Source: Clostridium sp. AM49-4BH (GTDB taxonomy: Bacteria; Spirochaetota; Spirochaetia; Sphaerochaetales; Sphaerochaetaceae). Taken from it: a DNA stretch of 64,000 nucleotides. Shown piece after piece: positions 9,957 through 18,867 of this stretch. Position numbers and translations under genes: made by a program. Numbering within the stretch: position 1 is the stretch's first letter; the number at the start of each line of letters is the position of its first letter. Below the pieces are notes generated by a model. The model had not been told where the DNA came from and did not search any database. It saw only the letters and a list, made by a program, of their open reading frames with translations. Location: the NCBI GenBank assembly GCA_963626925.1, contig CAVFZO010000151.1, forward strand, positions 1,308 through 65,307, in the 5' to 3' direction.

Positions 9957-10822
9957 CCCTCCTCACCGTCACTCAGGATTTCATCAAAGAACCGGCCTTC
10001 TCTGCGATAATTCCTGCATATTTCATTAGCAGTCGAAACACCCTTTATACGATTGTTTTCACTTACGTCCTGAAGAAACTTCTTCTCCAGATAGGAGATC
10101 TCTAGTTCTTTTTCAACTCTGACCGCATTACAGCCGGCTGAAGAGACAGCTGCGTACTGCCTTCCAAGTTCAAGGGATGAGAGGCTTTTGACAAGAGCCA
10201 GATCCGTTATATTTCCCAGAAAGAAGTTGTCAAGCACATAGAACATACGGTCGTCGGCAATGCTGCCGATTATGAAATCCCTGTCTGTGCACATCCTGCG
10301 GTATTCATCAAAAAGTCTGCTTCCCATTATACCGTCCATCTTCCCGCGGTTATATGCAACAACCATCGCCCACGACAGATCGGGGGGAACTTCGAGACTG
10401 TTGAGCCCCTCTGTAGACACAGATACAATGTAGAATCTGGATTTTTCATAGCCGCTGATCAACGTCAGAGGCTGCATAGGGTCCGTCCCCATGTAAAATC
10501 CACGGCCGAAATCACACTGCCGGCGGCTGAGAGGAGCAATACGTCCTTCTATCCCGGACTTTGATCCGTGGTAGAGAATCACCCGGCCACCGTCAACGGA
10601 AATTCTCTCTGCTTCCTCCCTTATTCTCTGTATCAGCATGTCACATACAGGGATGTTCATCTCCCTGCAGAACTCATAGAGCATCTCCTGAGCCAGCCTC
10701 GCAGGCTTCGCTCTGTCATTCTCCCAGCGGTTGATTGTGGCGAAAGTCACTCCCAGTCTTTCGGCAAACTCCTCCTGGCTGAGCCCGACATAGTTCCGTA
10801 TATTCCTTATAAGTGTTTTCAT
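9953..10822 (-). CDS. XRE-family HTH fused to a DUF3990-like (PARP-like fold?) domain
   Basis: N-terminal HTH LSQEEFAERLGVTFATINRWENDRAKP. The C-terminal domain carries ILYHGSKS and GRGFYMGTD, the HGS / GFY motifs I associate with DUF3990. I chose the start at M8 (ATG 10822) behind a GAGG. Confidence 0.7.
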   Translation of the reverse strand: MKTLIRNIRNYVGLSQEEFAERLGVTFATINRWENDRAKPARLAQEMLYEFCREMNIPVCDMLIQRIREEAERISVDGGRVILYHGSKSGIEGRIAPLSRRQCDFGRGFYMGTDPMQPLTLISGYEKSRFYIVSVSTEGLNSLEVPPDLSWAMVVAYNRGKMDGIMGSRLFDEYRRMCTDRDFIIGSIADDRMFYVLDNFFLGNITDLALVKSLSSLELGRQYAAVSSAGCNAVRVEKELEISYLEKKFLQDVSENNRIKGVSTANEICRNYRREGRFFDEILSDGEEG

Positions 10823-10834
10823 TTCAGACCTCAA

Positions 10835-10876
10835 ATATAACATCTGCTATATGTTTTATTATATACTATGTTATAT
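10835..10876. promoter_or_regulatory. candidate operator: 9-bp perfect inverted repeat upstream of the XRE-DUF3990 gene
   Basis: ATATAACAT (10835-10843) and ATGTTATAT (10868-10876) are reverse complements separated by 24 bp in an AT-rich promoter region. An extra TATGTT copy lies at 10850-10855. Confidence 0.4.
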
Positions 10877-11184
10877 GAAAAGTTAAGGCTGACACTCTAT
10901 CATCCCTTTCTTATGTCGGACGTGAAGCGGCAGATGACTTATTTTCAGGGAATGATTGCCGGAAGTGAAAAATTCAGAGGCAGAACGAAATCCTTATGAA
11001 AATCCCTGATCTGTGCAGAATCAATCCGAATTCTTTTCAGGAGTGAGAACTGCGAGAGAAAGGGCCGAAGAAAAGCTGTGTATCCTCACCTCAGTCCTCC
11101 TGCTTATCCCCTGACTTTTGAAGATCTCAAAGGCATCCGGCACCTTTTTATCTTCAATACCCTTTCCGGCCTCAGTGAGTTCTT

Positions 11185-11607
11185 TCAGACTTCTTTGTCG
11201 GAGTGCCGGAGAATATAGTCCCTGATGACAGAGTCCGAAGGCCCGAAGTCAAGAGCTCTCAGCTCGTCCTTTGTCACCCATCTCACATCGTCATGAACCG
11301 TGAGGTTTATAGCATCAGAACCGGAGAGAAGACGGACACGGAAGCAGTGGAGAGTATAGCGGACGCCGTTGTTGATGAACTGCGTATTAAGAAGGAACTC
11401 CCCCGCTTCAACTTCAAGTCCGACCTCCTCCATCCATTCGCGCTTCAAGGTTTCGGCAAGAGATTCTCCGTAGCGGTTCTTTCCGCCGATGAACTCCCAT
11501 TTTCTGGAGAGAGGGCCTCCCTCCTTTCTCTGTGCAACAAGGTATAACCCATCCCCGTCAACAAGGACTCCGGCTGTCGTATCTCTCTCTGTCACGCTCA
11601 CCTCCAC
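11185..11607 (-). CDS. NUDIX hydrolase (MutT-like)
   Basis: Nudix box GGKNRYGESLAETLKREWMEEVGLEV fits GX5EX7REUXEEXGU. Confidence 0.8.
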   Translation of the reverse strand: MEVSVTERDTTAGVLVDGDGLYLVAQRKEGGPLSRKWEFIGGKNRYGESLAETLKREWMEEVGLEVEAGEFLLNTQFINNGVRYTLHCFRVRLLSGSDAINLTVHDDVRWVTKDELRALDFGPSDSVIRDYILRHSDKEV

Positions 11608-12011
11608 TATATGAGAACGAAGGAAGGAAGAAGGAAGTGGAGGACGGCGGTCGAAAGAGATATATATCCAAGTATTATCTTTCTCTCTCCTCTCTTCGTA
11701 TCGAGATATTCGCTCTGTCCGCTCTTTTCCTTTCTCTTTATCATAATGAAGAAATATATAGTGTTATAAAGTACGACAAGAGAAGGAATCAGGTCCCCGA
11801 GTATCACGGGCCCGGGGCTCTGGGGGAAGAAGAGGAGGATGACGAATGTCAGAAGCCCCAGGGAGGAGAAGAGGTAGAGTTTCTTCCTGTCCTTCCCGAG
11901 TTCGTCGGTGAACCTCAGCATGAAGGATAGCTCTATCCTGTACTTACCCTGGAAATAGATCATCGCCGAGAAGATGAGATAGAAGAGAGAAAGAAAATAG
12001 CCCTGGATCAC
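11607..12011 (-). CDS. small integral membrane protein (hypothetical)
   Basis: 134 aa with about 4 hydrophobic helices. Its start overlaps the nnr stop by 4 nt and its end abuts the NUDIX start. Confidence 0.5.
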   Translation of the reverse strand: MIQGYFLSLFYLIFSAMIYFQGKYRIELSFMLRFTDELGKDRKKLYLFSSLGLLTFVILLFFPQSPGPVILGDLIPSLVVLYNTIYFFIMIKRKEKSGQSEYLDTKRGERKIILGYISLSTAVLHFLLPSFVLI

Positions 12012-13366
12012 CTCATCCTCCCTATCGCCCTGATAAGCTCTTCGGCTGAGTAGAAACCGAACTCCTCAGAGGCTGCTCTTCCGCTTCTCTGATGAAGAAG
12101 AACTCCGTTCACCGCTGCAGAAAGCGGCGACAGGCCGGAGGCGAGGAACGCCCCGATAACGCCCGAAAGGACATCGCCCGAGCCCGCAACACCGAGGGAG
12201 GGATTGGCGCCGTCTGCAATATATACCTCGGAGCCGTCTGTGATGATGGTCGTAACGCCCTTGAGAGCGACAACACACTCAAGCTCCAGTGCCGTCCTCA
12301 CTGCATTTTTTATTATATCACCTTCGTCGAAGCCGAGAAGGGATGTAAGTCTTCTGAACTCCCCCAGGTGGGGTGTTATGACAGCCCTGCCCTCTGTCTT
12401 CAGTCCCGGAAGGAGCTTTATGGCATCTGCATCAACGACATAGTTCTTCCCGCTTTGCGCCATTCTCTCAAGTATCTCCCTCGAGCCCTCGTCCCAGCCC
12501 GGGCCTGCGACGAAGCTGTCGTATTGCGAAAAGGAAGCATCCTCATCGGCAATCATCATCGACGGATATGAGGAAAGAACCGCCGCTCTCACGGTCCCGG
12601 TGCTGAGAATGCTTACCTTCCCCGCCCCGCTGTGGAAGGCAGCGAGAGCGGAAATGAGAGGCGCTCCGGGATAGCGCTCGCTTCCACCCGCTATCAGGAG
12701 GTGTCCGCGCGTGTTCTTATACCCGTCAATGGAGATTGAAGGGGGATTGTAATCACTCTCGCAGAGGAGGAACGTCTTTCCGTCCCCCTTGATTCTCCCC
12801 TCCGGAAATCCCGGATTGAAAAGGATTATCTTCCCGCATAGAGCCCTGTTATGAGGAAGATACATCTCCTTTTTCGGACACATGAACGTAATGGTATAAT
12901 CAGCCTTTACAAGAAATGCCGAGGGAACATCGAGAGCGATGACAACGGCCGGGGAGGAGTTGATCCTCCCGATAACGTTCTCTGTCCTCTCATCGAGGGG
13001 AAGACGGCACTTCACACCGAAGAGGCCGTCCACGATGACGTCGGCATCGGAAATCTCATCGACAAAGAGGGAGGAATCCAGTGCCCTTCTCCGTCTCATG
13101 TTCTCCTCCCCGCCATCGGGGAAATGACAGTAGACTGAGACAGAGGATGCAACCTCATTTACGAGGGACGCAAGAGCGAGTGCATCGCTTCCGTTGTTGC
13201 CCTTCCCCGCAGCAAAGAGAACCCTCTTTCCCCTGAAGAGGTCGAGACAGCTCTCATAGGCGCCGAGGGCCGCATTCGATACAAGGGAATGCTCGTCGAG
13301 AGCACATTCTGAAATGAGTGTACTGTCCAGTTCGGAGGCTCCGGAAAGAGTGAGGAGAGGTAACAT
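12008..13366 (-). CDS. nnr: bifunctional NAD(P)H-hydrate repair enzyme (epimerase/dehydratase)
   Basis: YjeF N-terminal motif GKGNNGSDALALA and C-terminal carbohydrate-kinase motif GVAGSGDVLSGVIGAFLA. Confidence 0.85.
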   Translation of the reverse strand: MLPLLTLSGASELDSTLISECALDEHSLVSNAALGAYESCLDLFRGKRVLFAAGKGNNGSDALALASLVNEVASSVSVYCHFPDGGEENMRRRRALDSSLFVDEISDADVIVDGLFGVKCRLPLDERTENVIGRINSSPAVVIALDVPSAFLVKADYTITFMCPKKEMYLPHNRALCGKIILFNPGFPEGRIKGDGKTFLLCESDYNPPSISIDGYKNTRGHLLIAGGSERYPGAPLISALAAFHSGAGKVSILSTGTVRAAVLSSYPSMMIADEDASFSQYDSFVAGPGWDEGSREILERMAQSGKNYVVDADAIKLLPGLKTEGRAVITPHLGEFRRLTSLLGFDEGDIIKNAVRTALELECVVALKGVTTIITDGSEVYIADGANPSLGVAGSGDVLSGVIGAFLASGLSPLSAAVNGVLLHQRSGRAASEEFGFYSAEELIRAIGRMR

Positions 13367-13432
13367 GACAAAAGTTTAAACCTTCAGCGTGTTTTTGTCT
13401 TGAAGATTTACCTCTCTTCCTGTAAATTCTAC

Positions 13433-13507
13433 CTGTCTAGGGGTGGCGTAATGCCTGAGAGATACCCTCGAACCTGATCCGGACAATGCCGGCGTAGGGA
13501 ACGACAG
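13433..13507 (+). promoter_or_regulatory. TPP (THI-box) riboswitch
   Basis: P1 helix CTGTC...GACAG enclosing GGGGTGGCGTAATGCCTGAGAGATACCCTCGAACCTGATCCGGACAATGCCGGCGTAGGGAA. This matches the conserved CUGAGA and ACCUGAUCNGGAUAAUGCCNGCG cores and lies 55 nt upstream of a thiamine-type binding protein. Confidence 0.9.
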
Positions 13508-13561
13508 CCTATTTCTTTATCAATTCCCGTTAGACAGAAAACAAATCAAGGAGGCTTTTCA

Positions 13562-14566
13562 ATGAAAAAGCTCATTTCTGTCGCACTTGCACTCTTATGC
13601 GTGCTCTCCCTTTTCAGCCAGCCTGTAAAAGAGGAGTCTGATGAAAACGTAAGAACTCTTACAGTCTATGCCTATGACACCTTCTGCGGTGAATGGGGAA
13701 GCGAAGGTGCTGTAATCCCCGCATTCGAGGAAAAGACAGGCATAAGCGTCAACGTCGTATCATGCGGAACGACATCGGAGATGATCAACCGTCTTCTCAT
13801 GGAGGGTGATAACACCCCCTGCGATGTCATTCTCGGAGTTTCCGACGACAAGGCCGAAGCTGTCTACTCCGCACTCGAAGCCTATGACACCCCGCTTCTG
13901 GACGGAATCGACAAGAGGCTCGTCTTCGACAGTGAAAAGAGACTTCTTCCATTCGACTGGGGGACGTTCGCCTTCGTCTTCGACACGGAAAGCACGATCG
14001 AGGAACCATCGTCGCTGTGGGATCTCACGAAGGAAGAATACAAGGGGAAGGTCATTCTCATCGACCCGAGAACAAGCAGCGTAGGACTGGGACTCCTTCT
14101 CTGGACATACAATGCACTCGGAGACGAATATCTCGAGTGGTGGAGGAAGATGGAGGAGAATGCACTCGTAATCGCCTCGGGATGGTCATCGGCCTACGGA
14201 CTCTTCACAGAGGGAGAGGCACCGATTGTGATCAGCTACACGACAAGCCCGGTCTATCATGTGATAAACGAGAACACGACACGCTACAAGGCCCTGATCT
14301 TCGAGGAGGGACACGAGGCGACCATCGAAGGAATCGGAATCGTGAAGGGAACGAAGCACAGAGCGGAGGCCGAGGAGTTCGTATCATACATACTCACGGA
14401 TGCGCAGGAGACGCTCGCAGTCACGAACTCGATGTACCCCGTGCTCTCCACAACAGAGCTTCCCGATGCCTATGAGTATGCGCCCGTTCCGGAAAAGTTC
14501 TATGCTTCCGGCCGACTTGACACATCTTCTCTTCTTGCATCATGGTCCGCTTTGATAGCACAATAG
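13562..14566 (+). CDS. thiB: thiamine/TPP ABC transporter substrate-binding protein
   Basis: Signal peptide, 334-aa type-2 periplasmic binding protein, immediately downstream of the TPP riboswitch and upstream of a duplicated permease and ATPase. Confidence 0.75.
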   Translation: MKKLISVALALLCVLSLFSQPVKEESDENVRTLTVYAYDTFCGEWGSEGAVIPAFEEKTGISVNVVSCGTTSEMINRLLMEGDNTPCDVILGVSDDKAEAVYSALEAYDTPLLDGIDKRLVFDSEKRLLPFDWGTFAFVFDTESTIEEPSSLWDLTKEEYKGKVILIDPRTSSVGLGLLLWTYNALGDEYLEWWRKMEENALVIASGWSSAYGLFTEGEAPIVISYTTSPVYHVINENTTRYKALIFEEGHEATIEGIGIVKGTKHRAEAEEFVSYILTDAQETLAVTNSMYPVLSTTELPDAYEYAPVPEKFYASGRLDTSSLLASWSALIAQ

Positions 14567-14573
14567 TCCTGTT

Positions 14574-16190
14574 ATGAAAAAGGAACGGAAAAACAGATTC
14601 TATCTGCTCATGTCGCTGCCGGCTCTGGCGGTGACAGTTGTGATATTCGTTTTTCCGCTTCTGTCTGTATCACTCAGAATCGGCGGAGGAACGGAGGTCT
14701 TCATCGATACGCTGAAGAGCCCCTACACATGGTCGCTCTTCCTCTTTACATCAATACAGGCTCTGCTGAGCGCCCTCATTTCGACGGCGCTTGCACTGCC
14801 CTTTGCCTCGTTCTTCTCGTCTCACACATTCCCCGGCCGCCGTCTCACACTCACGCTTGCCGACACGGCTTTCGTACTGCCATCCGTCATCGTCGTCCTG
14901 GGCTTCGTAATCTGGTACGGCAACAACGGAATACTCAACAGCCTGCTTTCAAAGATTTCAGGAGGCAGAATAAAGCTCAGCATCCTGTATTCATACAAGG
15001 CCGTCATCCTTGCGCACGTCTATCTCAACTTCCCCCTCGCCTTCTCCCTCATAACGGAAGGAATGACGGCTGCGGGAGAGAGAGAGGAGAGAGCGGCAGA
15101 GTTTCTCGGCGCCTCGCACATCCGCATATTCTTCACCGTCACATTCATGAAAATCAAGGGCACGATATATCAGACGCTGCTCCTTGTATTTCTTTTCTGC
15201 TTTCCCTCGTTTCTCATCGTGATGACACTCGGAGGAAGTCCGAAGTACTACACGGTTGAAGCGGAGATCTACCGCCGCGCATATATGGACGGAAACCTGG
15301 CCTCCTCTTCCTCCCTCGCCCTCGTATCTTTTGCTGTGATGGCTCTGATCATACTTCTCACAGGAGCCGGAAGGAGGGAAAAAAAGATCCGGAGAGAGAG
15401 ACGCACCCTGAAGCCTCTGAAGGGGGGAAGGAAAGCCTTCGCCTTCCTTCTCGAGCTTATTGTCGCCCTTTTCATGCTTCCGCCCCTCTTATCAATAGTA
15501 TACAGGGCCTTCTTCAACAGAGACGGCACATTCACGCTCAAAGCATGGGAGAATCTATTCGCCGGCTCGGACAGGAGCGCCCTCAATGCCGTCGCCACCT
15601 CAGTCTGCATTGCTCTCCTTGCATCCCTTGCCGCCACGGCGATGGCTACGGCGCTCTCGGTATCGGCAGTGAGAAGGAAGAGGAAGGCCCTCACAGTTCT
15701 CTCGTCGCTTCCGCTTGCGACGGGGTCCGTCACGCTCGGTCTCGGATTCTCGTACCTTTCGTCACTCTTCTACCCGAGCGGAAAGACCGGCGCCGTCATT
15801 CTCACACTTCTTGCTCACATAACGGTCGTCCTCCCCTTTGCGATCCGGTCAATCCTCCCCGGAGCGGCAAAACTCAGCGACAGGCTTCTCTATTCCTCGC
15901 TCTCCCTCTCCCCCTCGTACTGGAGGAACTACAGAAAGGTCGAAGTGCCCCTTTTAAGGGGATACAGAAGGAAGGCCTTTGCCTTCGCCTTCGCCCTCTC
16001 GCTGGGAGAGACCAACGCCACGATGGCGCTCGGGGCGGGCAACGTAACAACGCTGCCTCTGCTCATTTACAAGAAAATACAGCACTACGACTATCAGGGG
16101 GCATCTGCGCTGTGCCTCATGCTCCTTCTCGCAAGTCTCATAATATTCGCATTCTCTGAGAAAGGAGGAGAGAGAAGTGTCATATCTTGA
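14574..16190 (+). CDS. thiP: thiamine ABC transporter permease (duplicated, ThiP-like)
   Basis: 538-aa polytopic protein with two permease halves, as in ThiP/FbpB. It sits in the riboswitch-controlled operon. Confidence 0.7.
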   Translation: MKKERKNRFYLLMSLPALAVTVVIFVFPLLSVSLRIGGGTEVFIDTLKSPYTWSLFLFTSIQALLSALISTALALPFASFFSSHTFPGRRLTLTLADTAFVLPSVIVVLGFVIWYGNNGILNSLLSKISGGRIKLSILYSYKAVILAHVYLNFPLAFSLITEGMTAAGEREERAAEFLGASHIRIFFTVTFMKIKGTIYQTLLLVFLFCFPSFLIVMTLGGSPKYYTVEAEIYRRAYMDGNLASSSSLALVSFAVMALIILLTGAGRREKKIRRERRTLKPLKGGRKAFAFLLELIVALFMLPPLLSIVYRAFFNRDGTFTLKAWENLFAGSDRSALNAVATSVCIALLASLAATAMATALSVSAVRRKRKALTVLSSLPLATGSVTLGLGFSYLSSLFYPSGKTGAVILTLLAHITVVLPFAIRSILPGAAKLSDRLLYSSLSLSPSYWRNYRKVEVPLLRGYRRKAFAFAFALSLGETNATMALGAGNVTTLPLLIYKKIQHYDYQGASALCLMLLLASLIIFAFSEKGGERSVIS

Positions 16191-17157
16191 AGCGAAGGAC
16201 ATAAAAAAGAAATACAGGGATTTCAACCTCGAGTGCTCACTTTCTGTAGAAAAGGGTGAGCTTGTCTGCCTCCTCGGCCCCTCGGGAAGCGGAAAGTCGA
16301 CGCTGCTCTCGCTCCTCAGCGGCATTGAAACGCCGGACGGAGGATCTGTTCTCCTTGACGGAGAAGATATTACCTCCCTTCCCGTCGGGAAGAGAGGAAT
16401 CGGCTTTGTCTTCCAGGACTACGCCCTCTTCAACTCCATGAATACCGAAAAGAACATCCAGTACGGGATGAAGACGAAGAAGAGAGACGAGAAGCGGCAG
16501 CTGACGAAAAGACTTTTAGAGAACGTCGGCCTTGAGGGCGCAGAGAAGAGGAAGGTCGAGACACTCTCGGGAGGAGAAGCTCAGAGAGTCGCCCTCGTGA
16601 GAGCCCTTGCGGCAGAGCCGCAGATACTCTTTCTCGACGAACCGCTCTCGTCCCTCGACGCCCCGCTGAGAAAGAAGCTCAGAGGCACAATAAGAACAAT
16701 ACACGACAGACTCGGAGTAACGATGCTCTACGTCACGCACGACAGAGAGGAGGCGTTCGCCATAGCCGACAGAATCATCATAATGAAGGACGGCCATATA
16801 GAGAGCACAGGCACACCCGAAGAGGTGTACAAGCATCCGAAAACTCTCTTCTCTGCATACTTCACCGGAGACGGAACATCCCTCTCTTCATCCCTTCTCT
16901 ACGGAGAAGGAGCCTCCGGAACCCTCTTCTTCCGTCCCGAAGCCGTCACGATAAGCGAAGAACCCCTCAACACGGGAGTGTATCCGAGCCATGTGATCTT
17001 CAATGAATGCAGTGTCGAATCAATCGAATACAAGGGAGAAGGTTACATGATAGGACTGAGTTTTCACGGAAACCCGTTAATCGCATTCTCACCACTGAAA
17101 CCCAAAAAGAAAGAAGTATCTTTAATGCTTCTGAAAGACAGCCTCATAAAACTTTGA
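16177..17157 (+). CDS. thiQ: ABC transporter ATP-binding protein (ThiQ/PotA-like)
   Basis: Walker A GPSGSGKST, signature LSGGEAQRVAL, Walker B LFLDEPLS. It overlaps the permease by 14 nt. The last ~100 nt are noticeably more AT-rich. Confidence 0.8.
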   Translation: MSYLEAKDIKKKYRDFNLECSLSVEKGELVCLLGPSGSGKSTLLSLLSGIETPDGGSVLLDGEDITSLPVGKRGIGFVFQDYALFNSMNTEKNIQYGMKTKKRDEKRQLTKRLLENVGLEGAEKRKVETLSGGEAQRVALVRALAAEPQILFLDEPLSSLDAPLRKKLRGTIRTIHDRLGVTMLYVTHDREEAFAIADRIIIMKDGHIESTGTPEEVYKHPKTLFSAYFTGDGTSLSSSLLYGEGASGTLFFRPEAVTISEEPLNTGVYPSHVIFNECSVESIEYKGEGYMIGLSFHGNPLIAFSPLKPKKKEVSLMLLKDSLIKL

Positions 17158-17178
17158 ATTGCCGCCACCCCAAAGCGT

Positions 17179-17547
17179 TCAATCACGCTTTTTATAATAA
17201 GAGTTCAAATCTCTGTCACTTTGAAGTTTATCCCAATTTGATATCGGCATATTCAGAGTCTTGCTTATTCCAGAAATAACCACATTCTTCAGCTTTTTTC
17301 TTCTTGAGGCCCCAATATGCTCGGAGAAAGTTATGTCTATGTCTTCAGAGAATCTTGATAACACGTGAAAGGCCTTTGACAATGATGTACCTCCTTTGAA
17401 GACAACATTGTCGCACTGCTGCGAAAGAAGTTTTAGAATCATAGTTGCGTAATAGTCTTTCTCGATGATATCTAAAGTTTGTCCAAGGCTTTCAGAAGCT
17501 GCAGACAATATTTCTTCAAAAACGTTTTTATCCTCGTGCAAAAACAT
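17179..17547 (-). pseudogene. truncated AbiEii/AbiGii-family nucleotidyltransferase toxin (N-terminal ~120 aa only)
   Basis: FKGGTSLSKAF and RFSEDIDITF nucleotidyltransferase motifs are present, but the ORF is 122 aa where this family is usually ~280-300 aa. It ends 21 nt from the thiQ stop. Confidence 0.65.
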
Positions 17548-18151
17548 TTGTTAACTCCAAATCGTAGATTGCTTTATATGTTCTAAGTGGATAACTTGGA
17601 AGAACACTATCCACCATTTTCTTTGAAATTTTATTCTGAAGAATGAAATATCTTAAGCACTCCGCTTTGTTTGTTTGTACCTCTGAAAGGTTTTCCATAT
17701 CTTTTAAAACTTCAAGAAGCATAACAGTTTTTACATTTTCCTGCGTTATTGGAACTGAAGCTCTTCTAATGATGTAATTGAAGCTGCCAATAGAAACTTC
17801 TCTTGTAATTGCTTTTGTATTGTTACTTATAATTTCTTTAACCCGGGGAACTTGATTCGACAAACCTATTATGTTTGCAAGGGTATGCCCGGAATAGCAG
17901 CCATAGTATTCGCGGTTGTCTGTAATATATTTCAGTTCCGCAACCTTGTCTGGGTTTGGAACGTAGGGAATTCCTGAAATTGTTTTCTTAGGGCGATAAT
18001 ATACACCATCCATATACCTGCAAACCCTGCCGCAATCTGCAAGCCCCTTGATTTGTTGGCAGAGGTTGTCATAGCTGATATTCAATTTTAAATTTTTCAG
18101 AAGAAACAATTCTCCCGGTTTGTAATTTTTATCAATGTATTCAATCAACAT
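17528..18151 (-). CDS. AbiEi-like (type IV TA) antitoxin / transcriptional regulator
   Basis: ~207-aa protein directly upstream of the AbiEii fragment, overlapping it by 20 nt. The region is very AT-rich. I chose the start at M20 (MLIEYIDKNY). The family call rests mainly on context. Confidence 0.5.
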   Translation of the reverse strand: MLIEYIDKNYKPGELFLLKNLKLNISYDNLCQQIKGLADCGRVCRYMDGVYYRPKKTISGIPYVPNPDKVAELKYITDNREYYGCYSGHTLANIIGLSNQVPRVKEIISNNTKAITREVSIGSFNYIIRRASVPITQENVKTVMLLEVLKDMENLSEVQTNKAECLRYFILQNKISKKMVDSVLPSYPLRTYKAIYDLELTNVFARG

Positions 18152-18510
18152 AAGCTGTACAACTTCAGTAAATTTAATTTTTAATATTAACTTAACTGAA
18201 ATATACAACCAATTTCCTTATGAAGCAAGTTATTTTGGAGGCTGTGCCTAATCACTCTGTGACTCTTTGTGATTGTTATTTCCCTTTGAAAAATGGTTGT
18301 TTCATCCCGTCACTACAATCAAGAGAAAAAAGAGGAGCTTTTGCCGCAGCTTCCGGCTATGAAAATACAGTGAGGGGAAGCTGTCCATCTCATCACAGAT
18401 TGTGCGTAGAACAGAACAATGCGTCACGACAGGTTTGGTGTCTATGAAGTAAGACAAAGCAGCATTTCCATAGGACGACGAAGTTACCGCATGGGAGTGG
18501 TAGTTCATGC

Positions 18511-18867
18511 CTAGATATCAGATATTTCCTCTTTCTTCTCGATGGAGTGTATGTCTTTGAAGTATACCGGCCCGCTCTCCATAAGGACGTAGCCTTCCCT
18601 CGCGTCCTTCTTTATGACGGTCCCCTCCTTCTGTGTGTAGTGTCCGTCCTCATATGCCGAAAGAGATATCGTGTCACCTCTCCCGATTGAAGAGAGAACA
18701 CCGTCTATCTCCTTCTCCCCGTCCTCTCCCAGGATTATCCTCTCCTCCATGAAGTGCTCTCTTCTCTTTCTTTCAAGCGCTTCATCAAGGCCCCTGACAC
18801 CGGCGAAGGGGAGAAAGATCTTCGCCCTCTGCTCGACGCTCATTTTCACTCTATTCTTCTTTTCCAC
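18511..18867 (-). CDS. YolD-like protein (UmuD-analogue accessory of Y-family polymerases)
   Basis: 118 aa whose pattern (IFLPF...ILGEDGEKEI...ISLSAYEDGHY...GTVIKKD...VYFKDIHSI) resembles the B. subtilis YolD/YqjX family. It overlaps the polymerase gene's 3' end by 17 nt. Confidence 0.6.
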   Translation of the reverse strand: MEKKNRVKMSVEQRAKIFLPFAGVRGLDEALERKRREHFMEERIILGEDGEKEIDGVLSSIGRGDTISLSAYEDGHYTQKEGTVIKKDAREGYVLMESGPVYFKDIHSIEKKEEISDI

